Positions 11,842-24,757 of a stretch of DNA of 62,515 bases are shown in pieces (the stretch's first letter is position 1; every line of letters starts with the position of its first letter). The DNA comes from Pseudomonadales bacterium (GTDB lineage: Bacteria; Pseudomonadota; Gammaproteobacteria; Pseudomonadales; JBFGWM01), in contig JBFKKR010000003.1 in the NCBI GenBank assembly GCA_041682035.1, forward strand, positions 1 to 62,515, read 5' to 3'. The notes below the pieces were generated by a model, which had not been told where the DNA came from, searched no databases, and was given only the letters and a program-made list of their open reading frames with translations. The position numbers and the translations under genes are program-made.

Positions 11842-13866
11842 ATCTCATCTCCCGCCGCAAACATCAGCCTGCTCGGTGTCGATACCGGCGGCACCTTCAC
11901 CGACTTCGCCTGGTACGACGGTGGCCGCCTGCAGACCTGCAAGGTGCTCTCCACCCCGGATGCACCGGAACGCGCCATTTTGCAGGGCGTGGAACAGCTC
12001 GGGCTCGGCGCGCACCTGCGCGCCGGCCGCCTGCGGATCATCCACGGCACCACCATCGCCACCAACGCGGCGCTGCAGGGGCAGGGCGCGCGCACCGCCC
12101 TCATCTGCAACGAGGGCATGACCGACCTCCTGACCATCGGCCGCCAGGCGCGTGATGCGCTGTACTCCTTGCACGTGCCGGCGATCGAGCCGCCGGTGCC
12201 GGCCGACCTCTGTTTCGGGGTGGATGCGCGTACCGGCACGGCCGGTGAGTCGCTGCGCTCCCCGTCCACGGCGGCGCTGGCCAGGCTGGCCCGCGAAGTC
12301 ACCGCCAGGCGCGTGGAGGCGGTGGCGGTCAGCCTGCTGTTCAGTTACCTCGCGCCGGAACAGGAACAACGCATCGCCGCCGCGCTGCCCGAGGGGCTTT
12401 TCGTGAGCTGCGCACACGATGTGCTGCCGAGAATCGGCGAGTACGAACGCACGGTGGCGACCTGGCTGAACGCCCGCCTCGGCCCGCTGGTTGCCGGCTA
12501 CCTGGGGCGGCTGCGGGAACTCACAGCGCCCTCCACGCTGGCGGTCATGCAGTCCGACGGCATGACCCTGCCCGCGGCGGACGCCCCGCGCCGGGCGGTC
12601 CGGCTGCTGCTCAGCGGGCCGGCCGGGGGGCTCGCGGCGGCGGGCCTGGCCGCGCGCGAGCAGGGGCTTTCCGACCTCCTCACCTTCGACATGGGGGGTA
12701 CCTCCACCGATGTCGCCGCCCTGCAGGGTGAGCCCCGCCTCACCGCCGAGGGCGCCATCGGCCCGTACCCCCTGGCCATTCCATCGCTGGATATCCACAC
12801 CATCGGCGCCGGCGGGGGCTCGCTGGCGTCGGTCGACCAGGGCGGCATCCTGCACGTCGGGCCCAACTCGGCGGGCGCCGACCCGGGACCCGCCTGCTAC
12901 GGCCGGGGCGGCGCCGAGGCCACGGTGACCGACGCCAACGTGGTGCTCGGGCGGCTGCCCGCCTCCCTGCCGCTGGGCGGCTCCCTGCAACTGGACGAGG
13001 CGGCGGCGCGGGCCGCCCTCGGCCGGCTCGGCAGCCGGCTGGGCATCAGCGCCGGGCAGGCGGCCGCCGGCGTGGTGCAGTTGGCCAATGAGCACATGGC
13101 GGCAGCGCTGCGGCGGGTCTCCGTGGCACGTGGCCTGGACCCGGCCGGCTTTTCGCTCTGCTGTTTCGGGGGCGCCGGCGGGCTGCACGTCTGCGAACTG
13201 GCGGAACTGCTGCGCATCCGGCAGGTGCTGGTGCCGGTGCACGCCGGCATCTTCTCGGCACTCGGCATGCTGGCTGCCGCGCCCGGGCGCAGCCGCTCGG
13301 TCACCCGCGAGATCCCGTTGCGCGACGCCGACCCGGCCGTGCTGGAGCGGGAGTACGCCGGCCTGGAAAGGGCGCTGCGGGATGAACTGCTGGCCTCAGC
13401 CTCCCCGGGCACCACGGTCCACTGCCGGCGCACGGCCGAGCTGCGCTACGCCGGACAGTCCTTTACGCTGACCCTGCCGTGGCAGTCGGTGGCGGACACC
13501 GCGGCTGCGTTCCACCAGTTGCACAAGAACACCTACGGGCACGCGTTCCCGGGACTCGCTGTCGAGCTGGTGCATGTCGGCGTGCAGGCGCACACCGCGC
13601 CCGGCCTGGCTCGCTTCCCGGCCGCGGACGCCACGCCCGGCGCGGCACGAGCCGGCGTCGTGGCGGTATCCGGCTGCCCGGACCCGGTACCGCTTTACCG
13701 GCGTGAGGCCCTCGCGGCCGGCGCCCGGATTCCCGGTCCTGCACTGATCAGCGAGCAGACCACGATCACCTACGTGAAATCGGGCTGGCATGCACACCGG
13801 ACCCTGTCCGGGTCACTGCTGTTGCGGACCGGCACACCGGGCGCGGATGTACAAATTGCGTCATAA
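11842..13866 (+). CDS. Hydantoinase A / oxoprolinase family protein (HyuA-like), start codon uncertain
   Basis: Lies within ORF 11545..13866. Homology begins at LLGVDTGGTFTDF, and later LLTFDMGGTSTDV and IHTIGAGGGS are the ASKHA-fold ATPase motifs of this family. There is no in-frame ATG, GTG or TTG between the mutM start (11768) and the conserved N-terminus. AGGAG at 11831..11835 lies 6 nt before in-frame ATC 11842. Confidence 0.75.
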   Translation: MSSPAANISLLGVDTGGTFTDFAWYDGGRLQTCKVLSTPDAPERAILQGVEQLGLGAHLRAGRLRIIHGTTIATNAALQGQGARTALICNEGMTDLLTIGRQARDALYSLHVPAIEPPVPADLCFGVDARTGTAGESLRSPSTAALARLAREVTARRVEAVAVSLLFSYLAPEQEQRIAAALPEGLFVSCAHDVLPRIGEYERTVATWLNARLGPLVAGYLGRLRELTAPSTLAVMQSDGMTLPAADAPRRAVRLLLSGPAGGLAAAGLAAREQGLSDLLTFDMGGTSTDVAALQGEPRLTAEGAIGPYPLAIPSLDIHTIGAGGGSLASVDQGGILHVGPNSAGADPGPACYGRGGAEATVTDANVVLGRLPASLPLGGSLQLDEAAARAALGRLGSRLGISAGQAAAGVVQLANEHMAAALRRVSVARGLDPAGFSLCCFGGAGGLHVCELAELLRIRQVLVPVHAGIFSALGMLAAAPGRSRSVTREIPLRDADPAVLEREYAGLERALRDELLASASPGTTVHCRRTAELRYAGQSFTLTLPWQSVADTAAAFHQLHKNTYGHAFPGLAVELVHVGVQAHTAPGLARFPAADATPGAARAGVVAVSGCPDPVPLYRREALAAGARIPGPALISEQTTITYVKSGWHAHRTLSGSLLLRTGTPGADVQIAS

Positions 13867-13950
13867 TCGGGGCATGGTGCGGCGTACCGTCGGCACGGCC
13901 ACGCCCGCCACCATCCACTTTCCAATGAACCCGCTTCGGAACCGCTATCC

Positions 13951-15141
13951 ATGCAATACCTGACCGGCGTATTTGATCCCAACTGGTGGCAGACCATCCT
14001 GATCATTCTCGGCCTGACCCACATGACCATCATCTCGGTCACCATCTACATGCACCGTCATTGCGCGCACCGCGCCCTGGACCTGCATCCGGCCCTGAAA
14101 GTCTTCTTCCGCATCTGGGTCTGGATGACCACCAGCATGCATCCGCGGGAGTGGTCGGCGGTCCATCGCAAGCACCATGCGCACTGCGAAACAGAGAACG
14201 ACCCGCACAGTCCGCAGGTACTCGGCATCCACGAGGTGCTGACGCGGGGCGCCGAGCTCTACGCGGCCGAGGCGAAGAACCCGGAGACGCTGCGCAAGTT
14301 CGGCCAGGGCTTCGAACCGGACTGGCTCGACCGCCACGTCATCGGCCCCAATGAGAACCTGGGTGTCGCGCTCATGGCGATCATCGACCTGGTGCTGTTC
14401 GGGCCGATCGGCATCACCATCTGGGCCGTGCAGATGCTGTGGATCCCGGTCCTGGCGGCCGGCGTGATCAACGGCCTGGGACACTACTGGGGTTACCGCA
14501 ATTACGAATGTCCCGATGCCGCGCGCAACATCGTGCCCTGGGGCGTGCTGATCGGTGGCGAGGAACTGCATAACAACCACCACACCTATCCCAACTCGGC
14601 ACGCCTCGCCTACCGGCCCTGGGAGTTCGACCTGGGCTGGTTCTACATCCGCTGCCTGCGCCGCCTCGGGCTGGCGCGCGTGATCAGCGAGGGCCCGGTG
14701 GCGCACCGGGTCGAGGGCAAGGACGCGCTGGACCAGGACACGCTGCTGGCGATCGTCAACAACCGCTTCCAGATCATGGCCAATTATCGCCGCCACGTCG
14801 TGATGCCGGTGTTGCGCGAGGAGCTCAAGCGCGCCGATGAATCGGCACGGCGGATGTTCCGGCGCGCCAAGGTGCTGCTGACCCGCGAGGAGCGCCTGAT
14901 CGATCACCGCGGACGTGAACGCCTGCAGGATATCCTGGCGCAGAGTCCGCAGCTGAAACTGCTCTACGAGAAGCGGCTGGCGCTGCAGTCGATCTGGCAG
15001 CAGGCGCACGCCAACCGTTCTGAGCGGCTGAAGGCGCTGCGGGAGTGGTGCCGGCAGGCGGAGGCCAGCGGCATCGAGTCTCTGAACGAGTTCGCGCGCC
15101 AGCTGCGCAGCTATTCCCTGCAGCCGGCGCTGGCGGGATGA
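13951..15141 (+). CDS. Membrane fatty-acid (acyl-lipid/acyl-CoA) desaturase, DesA-like
   Basis: 396 aa with three histidine boxes (HRHCAH, HRKHHAH, HNNHHTYP) and an N-terminal TM region. Confidence 0.88.
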   Translation: MQYLTGVFDPNWWQTILIILGLTHMTIISVTIYMHRHCAHRALDLHPALKVFFRIWVWMTTSMHPREWSAVHRKHHAHCETENDPHSPQVLGIHEVLTRGAELYAAEAKNPETLRKFGQGFEPDWLDRHVIGPNENLGVALMAIIDLVLFGPIGITIWAVQMLWIPVLAAGVINGLGHYWGYRNYECPDAARNIVPWGVLIGGEELHNNHHTYPNSARLAYRPWEFDLGWFYIRCLRRLGLARVISEGPVAHRVEGKDALDQDTLLAIVNNRFQIMANYRRHVVMPVLREELKRADESARRMFRRAKVLLTREERLIDHRGRERLQDILAQSPQLKLLYEKRLALQSIWQQAHANRSERLKALREWCRQAEASGIESLNEFARQLRSYSLQPALAG

Positions 15142-15157
15142 CGCCGCGGCACGGGCA

Positions 15158-15188
15158 CAAAAAAACCGGCCATGAGCCGGTTTTTTTG
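15158..15188. terminator. Bidirectional intrinsic terminator between the desaturase and rpmG
   Basis: The sequence caaaaaaaACCGGCcatgaGCCGGTttttttt is a hairpin flanked by A- and T-tracts. Confidence 0.8.
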
Positions 15189-15202
15189 TGATGGGGCAGC
15201 CG

Positions 15203-15358
15203 TTACTTGATCTTGGCTTCCTTGTACATCACGTGCTTGCGCACCACCGGATCGAACTTCTTCATTTCCAGCTTTTCAGGCGTGGTGCGCTTGTTCTTGG
15301 TGGTCGTGTAGTAATGGCCGGTGCCGGCGGAGGACACCATCTTGATCTTGTCACGCAT
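15203..15358 (-). CDS. rpmG: 50S ribosomal protein L33
   Basis: Not in the ORF track because it is under 60 aa. Manual translation gives [51 protein letters not shown]. It lies directly downstream of rpmB. Confidence 0.93.
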   Translation of the reverse strand: MRDKIKMVSSAGTGHYYTTTKNKRTTPEKLEMKKFDPVVRKHVMYKEAKIK

Positions 15359-15378
15359 CGCGAATGATCCCCGTAGAC

Positions 15379-15615
15379 TCAGAATTTCTCGCCACGCTGG
15401 CGCAGGTCCGCCAGCACGGTATCGATGCCACGCTTGTCGATGATGCGCATGCCGTGGCTGCTCACCCGCAGGCGCACGTAGCGCTTCTCGCTCTCCACCC
15501 AGAAACGGTGATAGTGCAGGTTGGGCTCGAAGCGCCGACGCGTCTTGTTGTGCGCGTGCGAGACGTTGTTGCCGCTCTGCGGCCGCTTGCCGGTTACCTG
15601 ACAGACCTTGGACAT
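15379..15615 (-). CDS. rpmB: 50S ribosomal protein L28
   Basis: [40 protein letters not shown]... (78 aa), using an internal start of ORF 15379..15771. Confidence 0.95.
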   Translation of the reverse strand: MSKVCQVTGKRPQSGNNVSHAHNKTRRRFEPNLHYHRFWVESEKRYVRLRVSSHGMRIIDKRGIDTVLADLRQRGEKF

Positions 15616-15717
15616 TGCTGCTACACCTGCTGCGATCCGGTGTCCCGGCCGCCGCCCGGGGCCCGGTTCGGGGCCTGGCGGGCGTTCCCGGCGGGGACGC
15701 TCAAAAAAAGAGCGCGA

Positions 15718-15746
15718 TTTATACCAGAAGGCCCCGGCACAGGCAA
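15718..15746 (-). promoter_or_regulatory. Candidate sigma70 promoter for rpmB-rpmG
   Basis: The minus strand reads TTGCCT, a 17-nt spacer, then TATAAA. It sits about 100 nt upstream of the rpmB ATG and just after the radC stop. Confidence 0.45.
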
Positions 15747-15748
15747 GC

Positions 15749-16423
15749 TCAAAGCCAGCCCCGGCGGGCAAAGGAGACGACCTGTCCCTGTCCGATCACC
15801 AGGTGATCCAGGACGCGGATGTCGAGCAGGGCCAGCGCCTCGCGGATGCGGCTGGTGATCTGGCGGTCCGCCGCGCTGGGCTCGGCCACGCCCGAAGGAT
15901 GGTTGTGCGCCAGGATCACGGCGCCGGCGTGCAGCAACAGGGCGCCGCGGGCAATCTCCCGCGGGTAGACCGCGGCGCTGTCCAGCGTGCCCCAGAACAG
16001 TTCCTCGAAACGGATCACCCGGTGCTGGCTGTCGAGGTAGAGGCAGCCGAACACCTCGCGGCTGCGGCCGCCGAGACGCGCCTGCAGGAAACGTTCCGCC
16101 GCCTGCGGCGAGGTCAGCGCGCCCGCCCCGGTCAGCTCGGCGAAGAGGACCCGCCGGGCCAGTTCGAGCACCGCCTGGAACAGCGCGTAGCGGCTCCGGC
16201 CCATGCCCGGAAGCCGGCGCAGCTCGCGCTCCTCCATCCGGAACAGGCCGGCAAGACCGTCGCCGGCCGCCAGTGCTTGGCGGGCCACGTCCACCGCGGT
16301 CCGGCCGCGCGTGCCAGTCCCGAGCAGGATCGCCAGCAATTCGGCATCGCTCAGCGTCGCGCTGCCGGCATTGCACAGTTTCTCCCGCGGCCGTTCCGGC
16401 GCCGGCCAGTCACGCATCCTCAT
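15749..16423 (-). CDS. radC: RadC-family JAMM-motif protein
   Basis: [16 protein letters not shown]... with [17 protein letters not shown] and the JAMM motif HNHPSG. Uses an internal start of ORF 15749..17299. Confidence 0.9.
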   Translation of the reverse strand: MRMRDWPAPERPREKLCNAGSATLSDAELLAILLGTGTRGRTAVDVARQALAAGDGLAGLFRMEERELRRLPGMGRSRYALFQAVLELARRVLFAELTGAGALTSPQAAERFLQARLGGRSREVFGCLYLDSQHRVIRFEELFWGTLDSAAVYPREIARGALLLHAGAVILAHNHPSGVAEPSAADRQITSRIREALALLDIRVLDHLVIGQGQVVSFARRGWL

Positions 16424-16531
16424 CTTCCGGAACCTCCCTGTTCTACGCCGTGGCGCGGGCGCATCCATCGACGCCCCGGGCCCGCCTTTGTTATCGTTCC
16501 CGCATTCCCCTGCGAAGCGGCGAAGCTGCCC

Positions 16532-17749
16532 ATGCCGTCCCTGACCAACAAGCGCATCCTGCTCGCAGTCAGCGGCGGCATCGCCGCCTACAAGGCCGCC
16601 GAGACCGTACGCCGCCTGCGTGACGAGGGCGCCGAAGTGCGCGTCGTCATGACACGCGGGGGCCTGGAATTCATCACGCCGCTCACCATGCAGGCGCTGT
16701 CGGGCAACCCTGTCCATACCGACCTGCTCGACCCGGAGGCCGAAGCCGGCATGGGTCACATCCAGCTGGCCCGCTGGGCGGACCTGCTGCTGGTCGCGCC
16801 GGCGAGCGCGGATTGTATCGCGGCGCTGACCCAGGGCCGGGCCGACGACCTGCTCGGCGCAGTCTGGCTCGCCACGGAAGCGCGGCGCGCCATCGCACCG
16901 GCAATGAACCACCAGATGTGGCGGGACGCCGCCACCCAGGCCAACCTGGCAACGCTGGCCGCGCGCGATGTCGCCATCTGGGGGCCGGCGGAAGGCGACC
17001 AGGCCTGTGGCGAAACCGGTCCGGGCCGCATGCTTGAGGCGGCCGAACTGGCGCGCCGCTGCGGCGCCGCATTCGAGTCCGGCGCGCTGCAGGGTATTCC
17101 GGTGCTGATCACGGCCGGTCCGACCCGGGAGCCGATCGACCCGGTCCGCTACCTCAGCAACCGCAGCTCCGGCAAGATGGGCTACGCGCTGGCGGCCGCC
17201 TGCCGCGATGCCGGCGCCGGTGTGCAGTTGGTCTCTGGTCCCACCTGCCTGGCAGTCCCGGAGCGGGTGGCGATCACCTTCGTGGAGACCGCCGCGCAAA
17301 TGGAGGCAGCGGTACGCGCGCTGCTGCCCGATTGCCGCATCTTTATTGGCGCGGCCGCGGTTTCCGACTACCGGCCGGCGCTGTCATCGCCGGAAAAAAT
17401 CAAGAAATCCGCCGAGACCCTGGCACTGGAACTGGTCCGCAACCCGGACATCATCGCCGGTGTCGCAGCCGCCACCCCACGCCCGTTCTGCATCGGCTTC
17501 GCGGCCGAAACCAACGACCTGGAACAGAACGCGCGCGACAAGCTGGCGCGGAAACGCCTGGACCTGCTGGTCGGCAACGAGGTGGGCGCGCCGGACCGGG
17601 GCATGGACAGCGACCACAATGCCGCCTGCGTGTACCATCCGGATGGCCGGCGGGAGGAACTCGCACTGCAGGACAAGCATGCGCTCGCCCGCAGGCTGGT
17701 CGAAGTCTTCGCCGCGGCGTATCACGAATCGCACACCGGAGCCGGATGA
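16532..17749 (+). CDS. coaBC: Bifunctional phosphopantothenoylcysteine decarboxylase / phosphopantothenate-cysteine ligase
   Basis: [24 protein letters not shown] (flavoprotein N-domain), with a C-terminal ligase domain containing SSGKMG. Divergent from radC. Confidence 0.93.
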   Translation: MPSLTNKRILLAVSGGIAAYKAAETVRRLRDEGAEVRVVMTRGGLEFITPLTMQALSGNPVHTDLLDPEAEAGMGHIQLARWADLLLVAPASADCIAALTQGRADDLLGAVWLATEARRAIAPAMNHQMWRDAATQANLATLAARDVAIWGPAEGDQACGETGPGRMLEAAELARRCGAAFESGALQGIPVLITAGPTREPIDPVRYLSNRSSGKMGYALAAACRDAGAGVQLVSGPTCLAVPERVAITFVETAAQMEAAVRALLPDCRIFIGAAAVSDYRPALSSPEKIKKSAETLALELVRNPDIIAGVAAATPRPFCIGFAAETNDLEQNARDKLARKRLDLLVGNEVGAPDRGMDSDHNAACVYHPDGRREELALQDKHALARRLVEVFAAAYHESHTGAG

Positions 17750-17753
17750 ACCG

Positions 17754-18209
17754 ATGCAGAAAATCGCCGTAAGGATTCTCGACGACCGGGTGGGCACGCA
17801 GATTCCGCTGCCCACCCACGCCACGCCGGGCTCTGCCGGCATGGACCTGCGGGCCTGCCTCGACGCGCCGCTGTCCCTGCCGCCGGGGGGCTGCACGCTG
17901 GTGAAAACCGGGCTGGCCGTGCACATCGCCGACCCTGGCCTCGCGGGCATCATCCTGCCCCGGTCCGGACTCGGTCACAAGAAGGGCATCGTGCTGGGCA
18001 ACGGCACCGGGCTGATCGATTCCGATTACCAGGGCGAGCTCATGGTGAGCCTCTGGAACCGCGGCGACACCGCCTACACGGTGCAACCGGGCGAGCGCAT
18101 CGCCCAGTTCGTCGTCATCCCGGTGGTGCAGGCGGTGTTCGAGGTCGTGGGCGAGTTCGCCGGCAGCGAACGCGGTGCCGGCGGTTTCGGTCACTCCGGC
18201 AGTCACTGA
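17754..18209 (+). CDS. dut: dUTP diphosphatase
   Basis: [34 protein letters not shown], plus [10 protein letters not shown] and the C-terminal GFGHSG. Confidence 0.95.
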   Translation: MQKIAVRILDDRVGTQIPLPTHATPGSAGMDLRACLDAPLSLPPGGCTLVKTGLAVHIADPGLAGIILPRSGLGHKKGIVLGNGTGLIDSDYQGELMVSLWNRGDTAYTVQPGERIAQFVVIPVVQAVFEVVGEFAGSERGAGGFGHSGSH

Positions 18210-18381
18210 TCCCGTCGGGCGGGCTCTGCCCCGAAGCAACCACTGCGGGCGCTTCCTCCATGTCGGTTCCTCTATAATGGTCACCAACTGACAGTCCGCT
18301 CCGAAATCCGTGGCATCGCGCCCGTGCCCGGAGCGCGGCCATTCATCGAAGGTCCACCGGGCCCAAGCAGAGGAACTCTCC

Positions 18382-21778
<3,397 letters not shown>

Positions 21779-21855
21779 ATCCACCACGCGCGGTAAAACC
21801 GGTTGCCACCCCTGCATGAAGGGGATACGATGATTCCCGGCTTCCGCACTGTTGG

Positions 21856-22452
21856 ATGCTGATGGAAACAGCGCACAAGATTTCCCGCCGCGAGCAGATC
21901 CTCCAGTGCCTTGCACACATGCTGGAGGCCAGCCCCGGCGAGCGCATCACCACCTCGGGCCTGGCGCGCGAAGTGGGGGTCTCCGAAGCGGCGCTGTACC
22001 GGCACTTCCCCAGCAAGGCGAAGATGTTCGAGGGACTGATCCAGTTCATCGAGGAAAGCATCTTCAGCCGCATCAACCGCATCATTGCCGAAGAGAACAG
22101 CGCCGAGGCGCGCTGTGCGCGCATTATCACCCTGCTGCTCGGCTTTGCCGAGCGCAACCCGGGCATTTCCAGAATCCTCAGCGGCGATGCACTGGCCGGC
22201 GAAACCGAGCGTCTGCGCGCGCGCATCCTGCAGTTCTTCGACCGTCTCGAAACACAGATCCGCCAGATCCTGCGGGAGGCAGAGGTGCGCGAGGAGCTCA
22301 AACCGGTCATGCCGGTGACAGCGGCCGCGAACCTGCTGCTCGCCGTGGCCGAGGGCCGGATCCGGCAGTTTGTACGTAGTGGTTTCGAGAACCGTCCCAC
22401 CGAGCACTGGGACGAGCAGCAGGCCTACCTGATCGGCCGCCTATTCGCGTAA
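21856..22452 (+). CDS. slmA: Nucleoid occlusion factor SlmA (TetR family)
   Basis: 198 aa containing [14 protein letters not shown]...[34 protein letters not shown]-like HTH. From memory, this resembles SlmA. Confidence 0.8.
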   Translation: MLMETAHKISRREQILQCLAHMLEASPGERITTSGLAREVGVSEAALYRHFPSKAKMFEGLIQFIEESIFSRINRIIAEENSAEARCARIITLLLGFAERNPGISRILSGDALAGETERLRARILQFFDRLETQIRQILREAEVREELKPVMPVTAAANLLLAVAEGRIRQFVRSGFENRPTEHWDEQQAYLIGRLFA

Positions 22453-23064
22453 GGCGGAGACATCGCCGTCGCCGAGCAGTTCGCGCAGGCGTTCGATATC
22501 ATCCGCATACTTGGCGCGCACTTCCTGCAATTCCTCGCGCATGGTCACCAGCTTGGCCTGCTCCTCCTGGATCTGGACCTTGATGGCCTCGATGTTCTTC
22601 AGGAGTTCCTTGCTGACCTTCTTGCCCTGACGCTCCACGTCGGCGGCATCCTGCAGGGCGCTGGTGAGGTTGTTCTGCAGGCGGTCCACGCCCTTCTTCT
22701 TGGTATCGATGAACAGTTCGAGTTCCTGCACCTTGCGGTCGCGTGATTCCTCGGCCTCGCTGGCGCTGTTGTAGGAACGCAGCAGGCGGCGATCGTTCTC
22801 GAGCCGCTCCTTGCGTTGCTTTTCCTCTTCCATCAGTTTCTCGCGCACGTCGGCGGGCGGTACCACCCGCACGATGCGCATCTGCTCAGTGAGCACCTCG
22901 TATCCGGCTTCCACGAATTCAGGGGGAACGGAACGGGAAATCACCGGGCGCCCGTTGGCATCCTTGTAACGGTACAGGTAGCCGGCCGCGGACAGGGGCG
23001 CACTCCAGATCCAGACGAGGAGCAGAGCCAGCAGGGCGTTTCGGGGAGAGCGGCGTTTCATCAT
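22441..23064 (-). CDS. DUF4124-like secreted coiled-coil protein
   Basis: Signal peptide [27 protein letters not shown], then [17 protein letters not shown] (DUF4124-like), followed by a long charged coiled-coil. Its 3' end overlaps the slmA 3' end by 12 nt. Confidence 0.7.
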   Translation of the reverse strand: MMKRRSPRNALLALLLVWIWSAPLSAAGYLYRYKDANGRPVISRSVPPEFVEAGYEVLTEQMRIVRVVPPADVREKLMEEEKQRKERLENDRRLLRSYNSASEAEESRDRKVQELELFIDTKKKGVDRLQNNLTSALQDAADVERQGKKVSKELLKNIEAIKVQIQEEQAKLVTMREELQEVRAKYADDIERLRELLGDGDVSALRE

Positions 23065-23166
23065 TTCCGGCAATTCTGACACATTCACGGAGGGCCGAGA
23101 AATCCCGACTCCGCTAGCATAGACCGCTTTTGCTACACGAGGTTCCGGCCGCCGCGCCGTGCAATA

Positions 23167-23838
23167 TCATCCGGCACCGCCCGGCGCCACGCCATACCGC
23201 GACCGGTAGGCCCGGATGGGTTCGGCATGCCGGGCCAGCGAGGCATGTTCCGCACCGGCCGAATCCAGGAATTCCACCAACTGGCCCAGGCCGGCGATAC
23301 AGACGACCGGCACGGAAAATGCCTCGCGCAATTCCTGCACCGCCGATTGCGCGCCCTGGCCCCGCTCCTCGCGATCCAGCGCCAGCACCGCGCCGGCCAG
23401 GGTGGCGCCGTGCGCTCGGATCAGGTCGATGGATTCGCGGATCGCGGTACCCGCGGTGATGACATCATCCACCACCAGTACCCGGCCAGCCAACGGCGCA
23501 CCGAGCACGGAACCGCCCTCACCGTGGGCTTTCGCCTCCTTGCGGTTGAAGCTGACCGGCAGGTTGCGGCCGTGCCGGCTGCTGAGGGCGATCGCCACTG
23601 CAGTACCGAGGGGGATGCCCTTGTAGGCGGGACCGAACAACTGGTCGAAATCGAGGCCGGAGCGGTCGATCGCCGCGGCGTAGCATTCGCCCAGCGCAGC
23701 CAGCAGGGCCCCTGTGTTGAACGCGCCGGCATTGAAGAAATAGGGGCTGACCCGGCCCGATTTCAGCTCGAATTCGCCAAACCGCAGTGCGCCGCAGGCG
23801 ATCGCGGCGGAGAGGAAGTTTCGCTGGTAATCGAGCAT
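23167..23838 (-). CDS. pyrE: Orotate phosphoribosyltransferase
   Basis: [38 protein letters not shown], with the PRPP loop [13 protein letters not shown]. Confidence 0.95.
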   Translation of the reverse strand: MLDYQRNFLSAAIACGALRFGEFELKSGRVSPYFFNAGAFNTGALLAALGECYAAAIDRSGLDFDQLFGPAYKGIPLGTAVAIALSSRHGRNLPVSFNRKEAKAHGEGGSVLGAPLAGRVLVVDDVITAGTAIRESIDLIRAHGATLAGAVLALDREERGQGAQSAVQELREAFSVPVVCIAGLGQLVEFLDSAGAEHASLARHAEPIRAYRSRYGVAPGGAG

Positions 23839-23906
23839 GCGAGTTGACCGAGCCGGGCACGCTCCGGATCATAGCAGCCCCCATCCACCCGGGTTAAGGA
23901 CGCGTC

Positions 23907-24695
23907 TTGAGAATCGTCTCCGTGAACGTCAACGGCCTGCGCGCCGCCGCCCGCAAGGGGCTCTTCGACTGGATGCGGCGCGAGCAGCCGGACGTAGTCT
24001 GCATGCAGGAGCTGAAGGCCTGGGAAGGCCAGCTCGACGACGAGGTGTTTCACCCGCCCGGCTACCATCGCTACCTGTTCTGTGCCGAAAAGAAAGGCTA
24101 CAGCGGCGTCGGCCTGTACTGCCGCGAGGAGCCGGACCGGGTCGAGCGTGGCCTGCAGTTCGAGCTGGCCGACCGCGAGGGACGCTACATCCAGGCCGAT
24201 TTCGGCAGGCTCAGCATCGCATCTCTCTACCTGCCGTCCGGCTCCAGCAGCGAGGAACGGCAGGCAGAGAAGTACCGCTTCATGGACGCCTTCGAACCGG
24301 TGCTGGCTGGCATGCGCCGCAAGCGGCGCGAATTCATCCTGTGCGGCGACTGGAACATCGCACACAGGGAAATCGACCTGAAGAACTGGCGCAGCAACCA
24401 GAAAAATTCCGGCTTCCTGCCGGAGGAGCGCGCCTGGATGGACCGGCTCTTCGGCGAGTGGGGCTGGGTGGACGCCTTCCGGCAGGTCAACCAGGAAGCC
24501 GACCAGTACACCTGGTGGTCCAACCGGGGCCAGGCCTGGGCCAGGAACGTGGGGTGGCGCATCGACTACCACGTCGTGACGCCGGGGCTGGGCGACAAGG
24601 TACGCAGCGCCGCGATCTACAAGGACGAAAGGTTCTCCGACCACGCGCCGCTGACACTGACCTACGACCCGGAAGGCATCGCCGCGCTGCGATAA
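23907..24695 (+). CDS. xthA: Exodeoxyribonuclease III family (XthA-type; syntenic with Pseudomonas crc)
   Basis: 262 aa with a TTG start. Contains RIVSVNVNGLRAA, CMQELK (catalytic Glu), CGDWNIAH (Asp/Asn), WRIDY and SDHAP (His). All ExoIII catalytic positions appear intact. Confidence 0.8.
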   Translation: MRIVSVNVNGLRAAARKGLFDWMRREQPDVVCMQELKAWEGQLDDEVFHPPGYHRYLFCAEKKGYSGVGLYCREEPDRVERGLQFELADREGRYIQADFGRLSIASLYLPSGSSSEERQAEKYRFMDAFEPVLAGMRRKRREFILCGDWNIAHREIDLKNWRSNQKNSGFLPEERAWMDRLFGEWGWVDAFRQVNQEADQYTWWSNRGQAWARNVGWRIDYHVVTPGLGDKVRSAAIYKDERFSDHAPLTLTYDPEGIAALR

Positions 24696-24698
24696 CAC

Positions 24699-24750
24699 GT
24701 GGGTAAGGCTTCAGCCTTACAAAACCGCGCAGGGCTCAGTCAGGCTGACG
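24699..24750. repeat. REP-like hairpin element (copy A) in the xthA/rph convergent gap
   Basis: GTAAGGCTtcAGCCTTAC (24703..24720) and GTCAGgCTGAC (24739..24749). Shares the core GCTTCAGCC with the elements at about 32200 and 53741. Confidence 0.7.
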
Positions 24751-24757
24751 CCCCGGC

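Noticed and set aside
15608-16531. The 5' extension of the coaBC ORF (713 aa in the track), overlapping rpmB and radC.
   Set aside because: The conserved CoaBC N-terminus ([16 protein letters not shown]) starts at 16532. The upstream part is junk-like sequence antisense to radC. The same logic was applied to the 5' extensions of the dut, argB, ggt, recG, rph, yicC, ubiC and second-crotonase ORFs.
18273-18278. A TATAAT hexamer upstream of algC as a promoter.
   Set aside because: There is no convincing -35 at 17 nt (GCTTCC at best), and isolated TATAAT hexamers can occur by chance. I did not annotate it, but it is worth checking with transcription-start data.
23907-24695. Calling this gene crc (catabolite repression control) on synteny alone.
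   Set aside because: All ExoIII catalytic signatures (QE, GDWN, RIDY, SDHAP) are intact here, whereas Crc is known to be a non-nuclease. I annotated it as XthA-type and raised the relationship to Crc as a finding.
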